DNA from: Candidatus Parcubacteria bacterium
GTDB taxonomy: Bacteria; Patescibacteriota; Patescibacteriia; UBA1558; GWA2-36-10
Length of the DNA: 64,000 nt
Reading direction: 5' to 3'
Assembly: GCA_018664825.1 (NCBI GenBank)
Contig: JABJNO010000002.1
Coordinates: 14,068 to 78,067 of the forward strand
A program made the position numbers and the translations under genes. Position 1 is the first letter of the stretch. Each line of letters starts with the position of its first letter. This document shows, piece by piece, positions 10,678 to 18,547 of the stretch. Under the pieces are notes generated by a model. It was not told the origin of the DNA. It did no database searches and saw only the letters and a program-made list of their open reading frames with translations.

Positions 10678-11433
10678 TTATTCTTTATTTTTACCCATTC
10701 CTTCAAAGGCTCGTAAGATTTCTAGAGGTAAAGCAAATATTACTGTGTTTGATTGATCAGAAGATAAGTCATTGACTGACTGCAAAGTACGTAAATGCAA
10801 AGCACCTCTACTACCCGCCAATGTCTTGGCAGCTTTGGCCATATTTTCGGCAGCCATTACTTCACCCTGCGCCTTGATAATCACAGCTCTTTTTTCACGC
10901 TCTGCTTCTGCTTGTTTGGCAATTGTACGTTGCATATCTTTTGGAAGCTCAATATGTTTCAAATCAACTGAAACAACTTTGATTCCCCATGGATCAGTAG
11001 CAACATCAACAATTGTCTGAATACGTTGAGAAATTTGATCACGCTTGGTCAATAATTCATCCAAGTCTACTTCACCAACTACATCTCTCATGGTAGTTTG
11101 AGCCAATTGAGACACAGCATAATAAAAATGTTCTACCTCTAAAATAGCCCTATCAACAGACACTACTTTATAATAAAGCACTGCGTTGACATTGACTGAC
11201 ACATTATCTTTGGTGATTGCATCTTGATCAGGCACATCTACTGCCTTGACCCTGATGTCTACCTTGGTCATTGATTGAAAAATTGGAAAAATCAATCGCC
11301 AACCTGGTTCAACTGTTCTTTTGTATTTACCCAATTGAAATTTTAATCCTCTTTCATATTGATTGACCTGTCTAATAGAGATCAACAATACAAAAAGTAT
11401 AAAACCGATTACGATTACAAAAAATACTCCCAT
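10678..11433 (-). CDS. SPFH/stomatin (band 7) family protein
   Basis: N-terminal TM, ITKDNVSVNVNAV, AQTTMR, WGIKV, QAEAEREKRA. Confidence 0.92.
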   Translation of the reverse strand: MGVFFVIVIGFILFVLLISIRQVNQYERGLKFQLGKYKRTVEPGWRLIFPIFQSMTKVDIRVKAVDVPDQDAITKDNVSVNVNAVLYYKVVSVDRAILEVEHFYYAVSQLAQTTMRDVVGEVDLDELLTKRDQISQRIQTIVDVATDPWGIKVVSVDLKHIELPKDMQRTIAKQAEAEREKRAVIIKAQGEVMAAENMAKAAKTLAGSRGALHLRTLQSVNDLSSDQSNTVIFALPLEILRAFEGMGKNKE

Positions 11434-11442
11434 ATTATTATT

Positions 11443-12813
11443 TTAATTATTTAATATATCCAAAATCTCTTTTTGGTGATTTTTGAGCTCAGCTTCTGCG
11501 TTGGCCTCAACGGTAATACGTAACAATGGCTCAGTATTTGAAGCTCGAACATTGAACCACCAATCCTCAAACTCTACGGTGATGCCGTCCATCTCATCCA
11601 ATATATTGGCTCCATAATTTTGTCTAATCTTTTCCAGACTAGCTTCTATATCTGCTACCTCTATATTTATTTCGTCACCTCTGACATATAGGCGGTATTC
11701 TTTGATAATCTCTGAAAGCGGACGACCATCTTCGGTCATGGTTTGTAATACCAATATCAGTGCTATAAAAGCATTGTCGGCATAATAATTGTCTCTAAAG
11801 GCAAAATGAGCTGACACTTCACCACTCATGATTCCGCCTTGTTCGCGCATATGTCTAGCCAAATTACGATAACCAACTTCACTACGGATTGGTTGACCGC
11901 CCCATTTGGCTACCAAATCTTTGACCGCATGAGAACATACTACGTTGTAGGCTATGCCCATGCCAGGAAAACGCTCCAACATAGGTTTGGCGAGTAGCAA
12001 CAATATCATGTCACCGGTAATAAAATTGCCTTTTTCATCTACCAAAAACATCCTATCACCATCTACATCAAAAATAACTCCCAGGTTTGCTTTTTCTTTG
12101 AGTACTTTTTCTGTTAGTTTATCGGCGGCACCATCGACGAGTGGATTTGGTGGACGATTTGGAAAACTACCATCCAAGTCTTTGAATATATGCACAAGTT
12201 TTGGAGGCATTTGATAAAATAAGCCTGGGATCAAAAGTCCGTTCATGCCATTGCCGGTATCTACTACAACTTTAAAATCTTTGAGTTTTCTATAATCAAC
12301 AAAAGATAAAATATGCTTGATGTGTTCTTCAATAATTTCTTTTTTGTTAATTTTGCCTTTTGACTTTGGATCTTTGATTGGAAATTTTATTTTTTCCATT
12401 TCTTCCAAAAGCTCTTTGCCTCCAATAAAACGAATATTGTCTCTAGTCTCTGGATCAATATAAGTCATCTTGAAACCTCCGTATTCTGGTGGGTTGTGAG
12501 AGGCAGTAATCATCATCCCGCCGTCATATTTGTAATAACCATTGGCAAAATAAAAATCATTGATAGACATCAGGCCATAGTAATCTACCTCTACACCATA
12601 TTCCATAAATACGCTCATGATTGCTTCTTTGATGGGCAGCGAAGACTGTCTAATGTCTCTACCTATACAAATTTTCAAGTCCTTGATCGGTTTGTTCATT
12701 TGATGAGAAACAACCCTTAGAAATGTCTGAGCAATAAATTTGGCTGCCTTTTCATCCAAGTCTTTTGGATAAACCCCCCTAATATCGTATGATCGGAAAA
12801 TATCTCTGTTCAT
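11443..12813 (-). CDS. Phosphomannomutase/phosphoglucomutase
   Basis: IFRSYDIRG, TASHNP phosphoserine loop, DVDGDR metal loop, GEVSAH, RASNTEP. Confidence 0.93.
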   Translation of the reverse strand: MNRDIFRSYDIRGVYPKDLDEKAAKFIAQTFLRVVSHQMNKPIKDLKICIGRDIRQSSLPIKEAIMSVFMEYGVEVDYYGLMSINDFYFANGYYKYDGGMMITASHNPPEYGGFKMTYIDPETRDNIRFIGGKELLEEMEKIKFPIKDPKSKGKINKKEIIEEHIKHILSFVDYRKLKDFKVVVDTGNGMNGLLIPGLFYQMPPKLVHIFKDLDGSFPNRPPNPLVDGAADKLTEKVLKEKANLGVIFDVDGDRMFLVDEKGNFITGDMILLLLAKPMLERFPGMGIAYNVVCSHAVKDLVAKWGGQPIRSEVGYRNLARHMREQGGIMSGEVSAHFAFRDNYYADNAFIALILVLQTMTEDGRPLSEIIKEYRLYVRGDEINIEVADIEASLEKIRQNYGANILDEMDGITVEFEDWWFNVRASNTEPLLRITVEANAEAELKNHQKEILDILNN

Positions 12814-12817
12814 TTTT

Positions 12818-13948
12818 TTATTTCTTAGACTTTATAAAATAACTTACAAAAGTACCAAGGGCTAACAAGAAAATAATCACAGCAAAGATGGTTCCGATAA
12901 ATGGAATCTGTCCAAGTAGCATATAAACAAATACACCAATTGCTAAGATATTTATCTTTGCTATTTTCTTTTTCTCAAAAAACTTACTCTTGATAAATTG
13001 ACCAGTCAACCAAGCAGCCACTACTTTGGCTAGATACAAAAGCATCAACCAAGTAACAAACAATAAACCAGCCATTGGTATACCAATAACAGTAATCAAT
13101 AATATAATACAGATAATAGGAACAACAATCAAAAACAATAAGCCTTTTAGGAAAGTAGGTACTGTGTTCTTATAAGCTTTGTCATAGGCCTTGCCAAACA
13201 TTTTTGGCCAGAGATAAAGAAATACCATACCAACCACCAATAAACCAAAGAATTTGATGAGTAAGCTAGTAGCTTTACTTGTCCAAGGCTTGGCTTTTTT
13301 ATCTTCTAGTTTTTCAAAAAGTGGTCCACCTTTGATGACCGCATTTGGATTGATAGCTAGCTCCTTCCAAGCACGATAATGCAAGGCACCATTGATAAAG
13401 GCTTGATCCTCAATATTTACATTACCTTCTTTTGTATTTTCCAAATAAACATCTACATTTTTACCAACTGTACCACTCAATGACAAGCTATCCATACCAC
13501 CTTCAACCTGTCCGTTTACTTGTCCACGTAGACTCAAAGCCTGTCCCCAAAAAGTAAGATGTCCATCCAAAATACTCTCTGGATCCAATTTTAAATTTTG
13601 ACCAAAAGACAAAACATTGTCCCGGACATATCCTGAGACACTCATATGTTGACCCGCAAATCGAACCGAGCCATTGATCTTACCTTTGATAGTAATACTT
13701 TCACCAGCAGCAAAAATATCGCCATTGATGTTTTCTGAATCAATTGTAATGTTTTTACCAGCTAAAAATAAATCACCATTGACTGTGCCGTAAATTTCTA
13801 TGGTCTGTCCAGCAGCATAATAATTGCTGTCTATTACGGTATCTGCTCCCAACAAAACATTGTCACCATTGTGAGTTTCTATGGCCAATACTGATAAAGG
13901 CAATAAAAACAGAAAAGACGCTAATAAAATCTTTATTTTTCGAGACAT
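12818..13948 (-). CDS. Membrane protein with bactofilin-like/polymer-forming beta-helix repeats
   Basis: Signal peptide, repeated G.V.GD...AG..I.I units, 4-5 C-terminal TM helices. Confidence 0.7.
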   Translation of the reverse strand: MSRKIKILLASFLFLLPLSVLAIETHNGDNVLLGADTVIDSNYYAAGQTIEIYGTVNGDLFLAGKNITIDSENINGDIFAAGESITIKGKINGSVRFAGQHMSVSGYVRDNVLSFGQNLKLDPESILDGHLTFWGQALSLRGQVNGQVEGGMDSLSLSGTVGKNVDVYLENTKEGNVNIEDQAFINGALHYRAWKELAINPNAVIKGGPLFEKLEDKKAKPWTSKATSLLIKFFGLLVVGMVFLYLWPKMFGKAYDKAYKNTVPTFLKGLLFLIVVPIICIILLITVIGIPMAGLLFVTWLMLLYLAKVVAAWLTGQFIKSKFFEKKKIAKINILAIGVFVYMLLGQIPFIGTIFAVIIFLLALGTFVSYFIKSKK

Positions 13949-14049
13949 AAGCTACATTGCTTAATAATTAATTATCTACATTTTACCATAAATATGAGGA
14001 AAAATGTAGTAATTGCTATAAGCTAATTTTTGGGCTAAAATAAGGGTAT

Positions 14050-14598
14050 ATGAATGGCTTTGAAGGACAATCTAAAGAAAATGTATCTTATCCTGAAAAT
14101 TTGACCCCCCAGGATATAGCCTTGGTATATAGACAATGCGAAATCCAGCATGCTACCAGCGTCGAACAGCTAGAGGGTTTTGCCAATGCCTACTCCAAGG
14201 CCAAGGAGCTGGCTCAGACCCGAGAAAAATTAGACCAACTAACTCCAGAACAAATAGAAGGATTGATTTTGGAATTAGGAGCTTTGACAGAAAAAAGAAA
14301 TCAAAAAGGATTCCGGATTGTACCTGTCACATTTGCAAATGGCTCTCGAGCTATAGAGGCAGACAAAATTCCCCGAGCAATCCAAACATTTGCCCAGGGA
14401 TTCAAATCTTTTTTAGAAAACCCCACTGAAGATGAAAGATTAAATACTGTCTTGTTGTACAAACAATTTGAAGAAATCCATCCATTTGAAGATGGTAATG
14501 GTCGAGTCGGTGATCTTTTGTGGAAAATATTGGAAAGCAAAAAAACAAAACAATGGCCAGAAAAATTGCCACCAGACGTCTTTGGTGAAAACAAATAA
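14050..14598 (+). CDS. Fic-domain protein
   Basis: HPFEDGNGRVG Fic motif; upstream GFR..PV flap. Confidence 0.85.
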   Translation: MNGFEGQSKENVSYPENLTPQDIALVYRQCEIQHATSVEQLEGFANAYSKAKELAQTREKLDQLTPEQIEGLILELGALTEKRNQKGFRIVPVTFANGSRAIEADKIPRAIQTFAQGFKSFLENPTEDERLNTVLLYKQFEEIHPFEDGNGRVGDLLWKILESKKTKQWPEKLPPDVFGENK

Positions 14599-14602
14599 AT
14601 AT

Positions 14603-15316
14603 ATGAATCAAGTAATCTGTAAAAAACTAATAAAAAACTTAGGTGAAGCCAAGACAATTGTAGGGAACTTTGATGCAACTAAGGTGGCCTCCACAAAATC
14701 TATAGAGGCTAGAAATAGATTGGTTTTTTTATTGGATGAAATAAAATTTTTATTATTGAACAAAGAGTTTTCTAAGCGATATCCTGGAGCCATGATAGAA
14801 AAAATAGACCCAAATAAAATTCCCTCGAACATAATGGATTCATTTGAACATCAAAGTACCATGTATATCCATCCCGATGATTATGAAAAAGGAAATTTTA
14901 TACAATTTTATATTATTCATCGGGTCGACCCTCCTTATACTACCTATGTAGCCGAACAAGATAAAATAATTGATAAAGATGAAAAAGAAGAGATGACTGA
15001 CAAGCTGCATTATTTTATAGATAACCCCGACGACCTGGGGGCCAAAAAGTTAGATGAAATTAGGTTTATCATAGACAATGATAGCTCTTATTTCAAAAAT
15101 AAACCTTTTACTTTTTTTTCAAAAAATGGCACCGATAGATTAAAACTAATGAATGCTTTTTGCCAATCAAGACTAGGACTACCTATGTACTCGGGTACTA
15201 TGTTAGAAGATGAAGAACATGAATTTTGGAAAGAGCTAGTAGAAGAAGGGCTAGCCCAACAATACGAAGAAGAGTCTGGAAGAGATTTAAAAACTAGATA
15301 CAAATTTAAAGATTAA
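14603..15316 (+). CDS. Hypothetical protein
   Basis: Long ORF; ATG 4 nt after the Fic stop; acidic, no family recognised. Confidence 0.7.
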   Translation: MNQVICKKLIKNLGEAKTIVGNFDATKVASTKSIEARNRLVFLLDEIKFLLLNKEFSKRYPGAMIEKIDPNKIPSNIMDSFEHQSTMYIHPDDYEKGNFIQFYIIHRVDPPYTTYVAEQDKIIDKDEKEEMTDKLHYFIDNPDDLGAKKLDEIRFIIDNDSSYFKNKPFTFFSKNGTDRLKLMNAFCQSRLGLPMYSGTMLEDEEHEFWKELVEEGLAQQYEEESGRDLKTRYKFKD

Positions 15317-15320
15317 AATT

Positions 15321-15596
15321 ATGAGAACACCAGAAACAGCCCCTGAAAATAGGGAACTCATCGATCTAGGCAATGAATTAGATCGATTACAAGCCCAAGA
15401 AAACCAAGGCCGAGGCATTAGCTGTGTCAAAACAGTAATTGCTTATTTGAAGATGGGCAAGCTAGAAGAGGCTCGCACTGTTTGTCATACCGAACATGAC
15501 AAAATAGTCAGCTACCCTGAAATAAAAAAATTTATAAAAGAAAACCTATTCAAAGGAATGGAAAATCATCCCTGGAAATTTCTCGATAGTTTATAA
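15321..15596 (+). CDS. Hypothetical protein
   Basis: 91-aa ORF 4 nt after previous stop, helical composition. Confidence 0.7.
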   Translation: MRTPETAPENRELIDLGNELDRLQAQENQGRGISCVKTVIAYLKMGKLEEARTVCHTEHDKIVSYPEIKKFIKENLFKGMENHPWKFLDSL

Positions 15597-15654
15597 AAAT
15601 AAAAAGACCTACTAAACAGTAGATCATAATATAAAAAACTCAATTTATTAAAAG

Positions 15655-16347
15655 TTAAAACCGAGCCTTTCTTTTTGGTTTTTGAACAAGGCAATTTATA
15701 TTCCATTTTGTTTTGTAGATTCCCTTTGGACTCAATACAAATCCCGTCTTACCCAGTGACTCTACTAGTTCATTGGTAGTAAAGCTATGATAAAATCTAT
15801 ATACCACCTCTCCGTTGTTTAGCTTCCATGGAATATAAAAATCACTCCATGAATTTTTTTTCAAAAAGTTCTTGAAAAAATATTTCATATACTTTTTTTG
15901 CCACAGATTCCAGTTTGTCATAAAAAGATAGCCTCCTGGCTTGAGCCATTTGTTTACTCTATAAAGTAGCTTTAACCTTTCGACTCTATTTGGCAAATGA
16001 TGAAAGCTGGCAATCATCAAAACCATATCCATGCTTTCGGGTGGAAAATCTATCCTAGCCATATCATGTACCTTAAAATGAGCTTTGGGATGTTTTATTC
16101 TAGCTTGTTTTATCAGCTCTTCACTAAAATCAACACCCATATAATGATATTTTGTGTCCGTATCTTTGAGTAGATTGAGGATACGCCCATTACCACAACC
16201 AAGGTCTAGTATCTTGTCTTGATCCTTTATATATGGTATAAAGATTTGTAATTCCTCCCAAGGAAAAACACGGGAAGCAGAAAACTCCCCTGAAATCAGA
16301 TTATAAACTTTTTGTAAATTATTTTTGATCAAATCACTTTTATCCAT
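15655..16347 (-). CDS. Class I SAM methyltransferase, Trm9/ALKBH8-like
   Basis: ATG 16347 (MDKSDL); VYNLISGEFSASRVFPW, ILDLGCGNGR, IASFHHL, LKPGG...TNW, DFYIPW, RFYHSF..EL. Confidence 0.8.
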   Translation of the reverse strand: MDKSDLIKNNLQKVYNLISGEFSASRVFPWEELQIFIPYIKDQDKILDLGCGNGRILNLLKDTDTKYHYMGVDFSEELIKQARIKHPKAHFKVHDMARIDFPPESMDMVLMIASFHHLPNRVERLKLLYRVNKWLKPGGYLFMTNWNLWQKKYMKYFFKNFLKKNSWSDFYIPWKLNNGEVVYRFYHSFTTNELVESLGKTGFVLSPKGIYKTKWNINCLVQKPKRKARF

Positions 16348-16348
16348 A

Positions 16349-17959
16349 ATGGAAAATAATAAAGAAAAATTATTAGAAAAAATAGTCCTCGAGCTGGCTG
16401 ATAAAAAATATCCAGTTGATTTAGATTTTATGAAAGCCTCACGACAAGTATTTAGTAAATACAAGCTCACTCCTGTACCAAAATCTGAACTCATTAAAGT
16501 ATATCGCAGATTGACCAAAGAGGGCAAATTGAAATCCGACAAAAGGTTTACCCAGCTCCTCGTCAAACGAGCGGTGCGCTCACTTTCTGGTGTTTCTGTC
16601 ATCACCGTCTTGTCAAAACCATTTGTCTGTCCAGGCAAGTGTGTCTACTGCCCAACTGAACCAGACATGCCAAAGAGCTATTTATCAAATGAGCCAGCTG
16701 CAGCTCGTGCCAAAATAAATCTTTTTTCTCCAATCAGGCAGGTAACCATGCGCATCAAGGCACTAGAAAACAATGGCCATCTAGTAGACAAGCTAGAGGT
16801 GCTGGTCTTGGGTGGTACCTGGTCTGTTTATCCAAGTAAATACCAAGATGACTTTATAAGAGATTTGTTTTTTGCTGCCAATACTTATGGAGAAGATAAA
16901 AAACGTGATCCACTGACCCTAGAAGAAGAACAAGCTATAAACGAAACAACCAAATACAAAATAATCGGCCTAACCCTAGAAACTCGTCCTGATTATATAA
17001 ATGAAACTGAAATAAAAAAACTTCGTCGTCTCGGTACTACTCGAGTTCAAATCGGAGTCCAGCATACTGACAACAAAATACTAGATTTGATAGTACGTGG
17101 TCACTCTATAGAAGAAAGTATCCGAGCTACCAAAATGCTCAAAGAGGCTGGCTTCAAAGTAGACCATCACTACATGCCCGATCTACCCGGCTCTACACCC
17201 AAAAAAGATTTGGAGATGTTTGAATATGTTTATAGCTCCCAGGACTTACAACCTGACCAAGTAAAAATCTACCCCTGCGTGGTCAATGAATATGCCGAGC
17301 TATATGATTGGTACAAAAAAGGTAAATACAAACCTTATTCTGAGAGTGAGCTTTTGGAATTATTGCTAAAAATAAAAATCATAACTCCTCCTTATGTCAG
17401 AATAAACAGGTTGATACGAGACATACCCGAAGAAAGTATTATAGCCGGAAACAAAATCACAAACCTACGACAATATTTACAAAATGAATTACAAAAACGT
17501 AATCAATCTTGCCAATGCCTGCGTTGTCGCGAAGTCCGTGGTGATTCCCAAGACGCAGACAAGGCTATTTTGGTAAAAAGAGAGTACAAAGCTTCTGATG
17601 GACAAGAAATATTTTTGAGCTACGAAAGTCCTGACAACAAAAAGGTCTATGCTTTTTTGAGACTTCGTATAAATGAAAATCCAAAAGAAAATATTTTCCC
17701 TGAACTAAAAAATGCCTCTATAGTCAGAGAGCTACACGTCTATGGTCAGATGATACCAGTCTATAGTGAAGACCAGGATGATGAAGTCTCTCAAACCCAG
17801 CACTTGGGCCTAGGTAAAAAGCTAATGGCTGAAGCAGAAAAAATAACTAAAGAAACCAAACTAAATAAAGTAGCCGTTATCTCTGGGATTGGAGTCCGAA
17901 ATTATTATAAAAAACTTGGGTACCAACTAGAGGGTACATATATGACCAAGTCTTTATAA
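16349..17959 (+). CDS. elp3: Elp3-family radical SAM/KAT tRNA uridine(34) carboxymethylase
   Basis: RSLSGVSVITV, CPGKCVYCP, MPKSY, GGTWS, LETRPD, KIYP, RLIRDIP, CLRCRE, VRELHVYG, QHLGLGKKL, ISGIGVRNYY. Confidence 0.93.
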   Translation: MENNKEKLLEKIVLELADKKYPVDLDFMKASRQVFSKYKLTPVPKSELIKVYRRLTKEGKLKSDKRFTQLLVKRAVRSLSGVSVITVLSKPFVCPGKCVYCPTEPDMPKSYLSNEPAAARAKINLFSPIRQVTMRIKALENNGHLVDKLEVLVLGGTWSVYPSKYQDDFIRDLFFAANTYGEDKKRDPLTLEEEQAINETTKYKIIGLTLETRPDYINETEIKKLRRLGTTRVQIGVQHTDNKILDLIVRGHSIEESIRATKMLKEAGFKVDHHYMPDLPGSTPKKDLEMFEYVYSSQDLQPDQVKIYPCVVNEYAELYDWYKKGKYKPYSESELLELLLKIKIITPPYVRINRLIRDIPEESIIAGNKITNLRQYLQNELQKRNQSCQCLRCREVRGDSQDADKAILVKREYKASDGQEIFLSYESPDNKKVYAFLRLRINENPKENIFPELKNASIVRELHVYGQMIPVYSEDQDDEVSQTQHLGLGKKLMAEAEKITKETKLNKVAVISGIGVRNYYKKLGYQLEGTYMTKSL

Positions 17960-18028
17960 TTGACAAGGCCCTAAAAATAATATATATTACGTAGTTCGTA
18001 CTTTCCAAATAGCCAACTAACCAGGAGG
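17960..18028 (+). promoter_or_regulatory. sigma70 promoter, boxA-like motif and SD for orphan HTH gene
   Basis: TTGACA 17960, 17 bp, TATATT 17983; GTACTTTCCAAA 17998; AGGAGG 18023. Confidence 0.65.
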
Positions 18029-18035
18029 TTTCCTT

Positions 18036-18500
18036 GTGAAACAAAAGATGAAGATGAAGATCCAAGATGGCGTTGTCTCGTTTGACAGCAGTGATACTCG
18101 AGATGAATTTCTCGGTTTCCTGCGCAAGCTGGCTAGTGATGATCCTCTGATCAGACAAGCAATAATCCCCATCATCGAGCACGAAGGTATCATCCCTGAT
18201 GCTGATATGAGTTTTACGGAACTAGTCCGTAATCTCGGCACCAACATCCACAAAGTTCCTGAAAGAATATTTGCCCTCTGGAATAAGATGCACGGTCAGA
18301 CATCTGACCCTACTAGTAAACATGTGATGAACACTCGTCAAGCCGCTGATTATACCAAACGCGACCCCTCTACCATGGCCCGCCTAGCTCACACAGGCAT
18401 CATCCCCGCCACCAAAATCAAAGGTCGCTGGCAATTTACTCGCCGTTCTCTCAACACCTTCCTAAGCAAACATGGCTATCTAACCTCAGCTCGAGGCTAA
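18036..18500 (+). CDS. Hypothetical protein with C-terminal excisionase-type (MerR-like) HTH
   Basis: MNTRQAADY..RDPSTMARLAHTG.IPATKIKGRWQF pattern; GTG start with AGGAGG. Confidence 0.75.
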   Translation: MKQKMKMKIQDGVVSFDSSDTRDEFLGFLRKLASDDPLIRQAIIPIIEHEGIIPDADMSFTELVRNLGTNIHKVPERIFALWNKMHGQTSDPTSKHVMNTRQAADYTKRDPSTMARLAHTGIIPATKIKGRWQFTRRSLNTFLSKHGYLTSARG

Positions 18501-18504
18501 AACA

Positions 18505-18532
18505 AAAACCCCCGTCAATGAACGGGGGTTTT
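18505..18532. terminator. Bidirectional terminator
   Basis: AAAACCCCCGT..ACGGGGGTTTT. Confidence 0.8.
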
Positions 18533-18547
18533 CTATTTTACAAAATT

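Noticed and set aside
16348-16638. N-terminal 97 aa of the 327-aa methyltransferase ORF
   Set aside because: Antisense to conserved elp3 sequence; methyltransferase similarity begins at ATG 16347.
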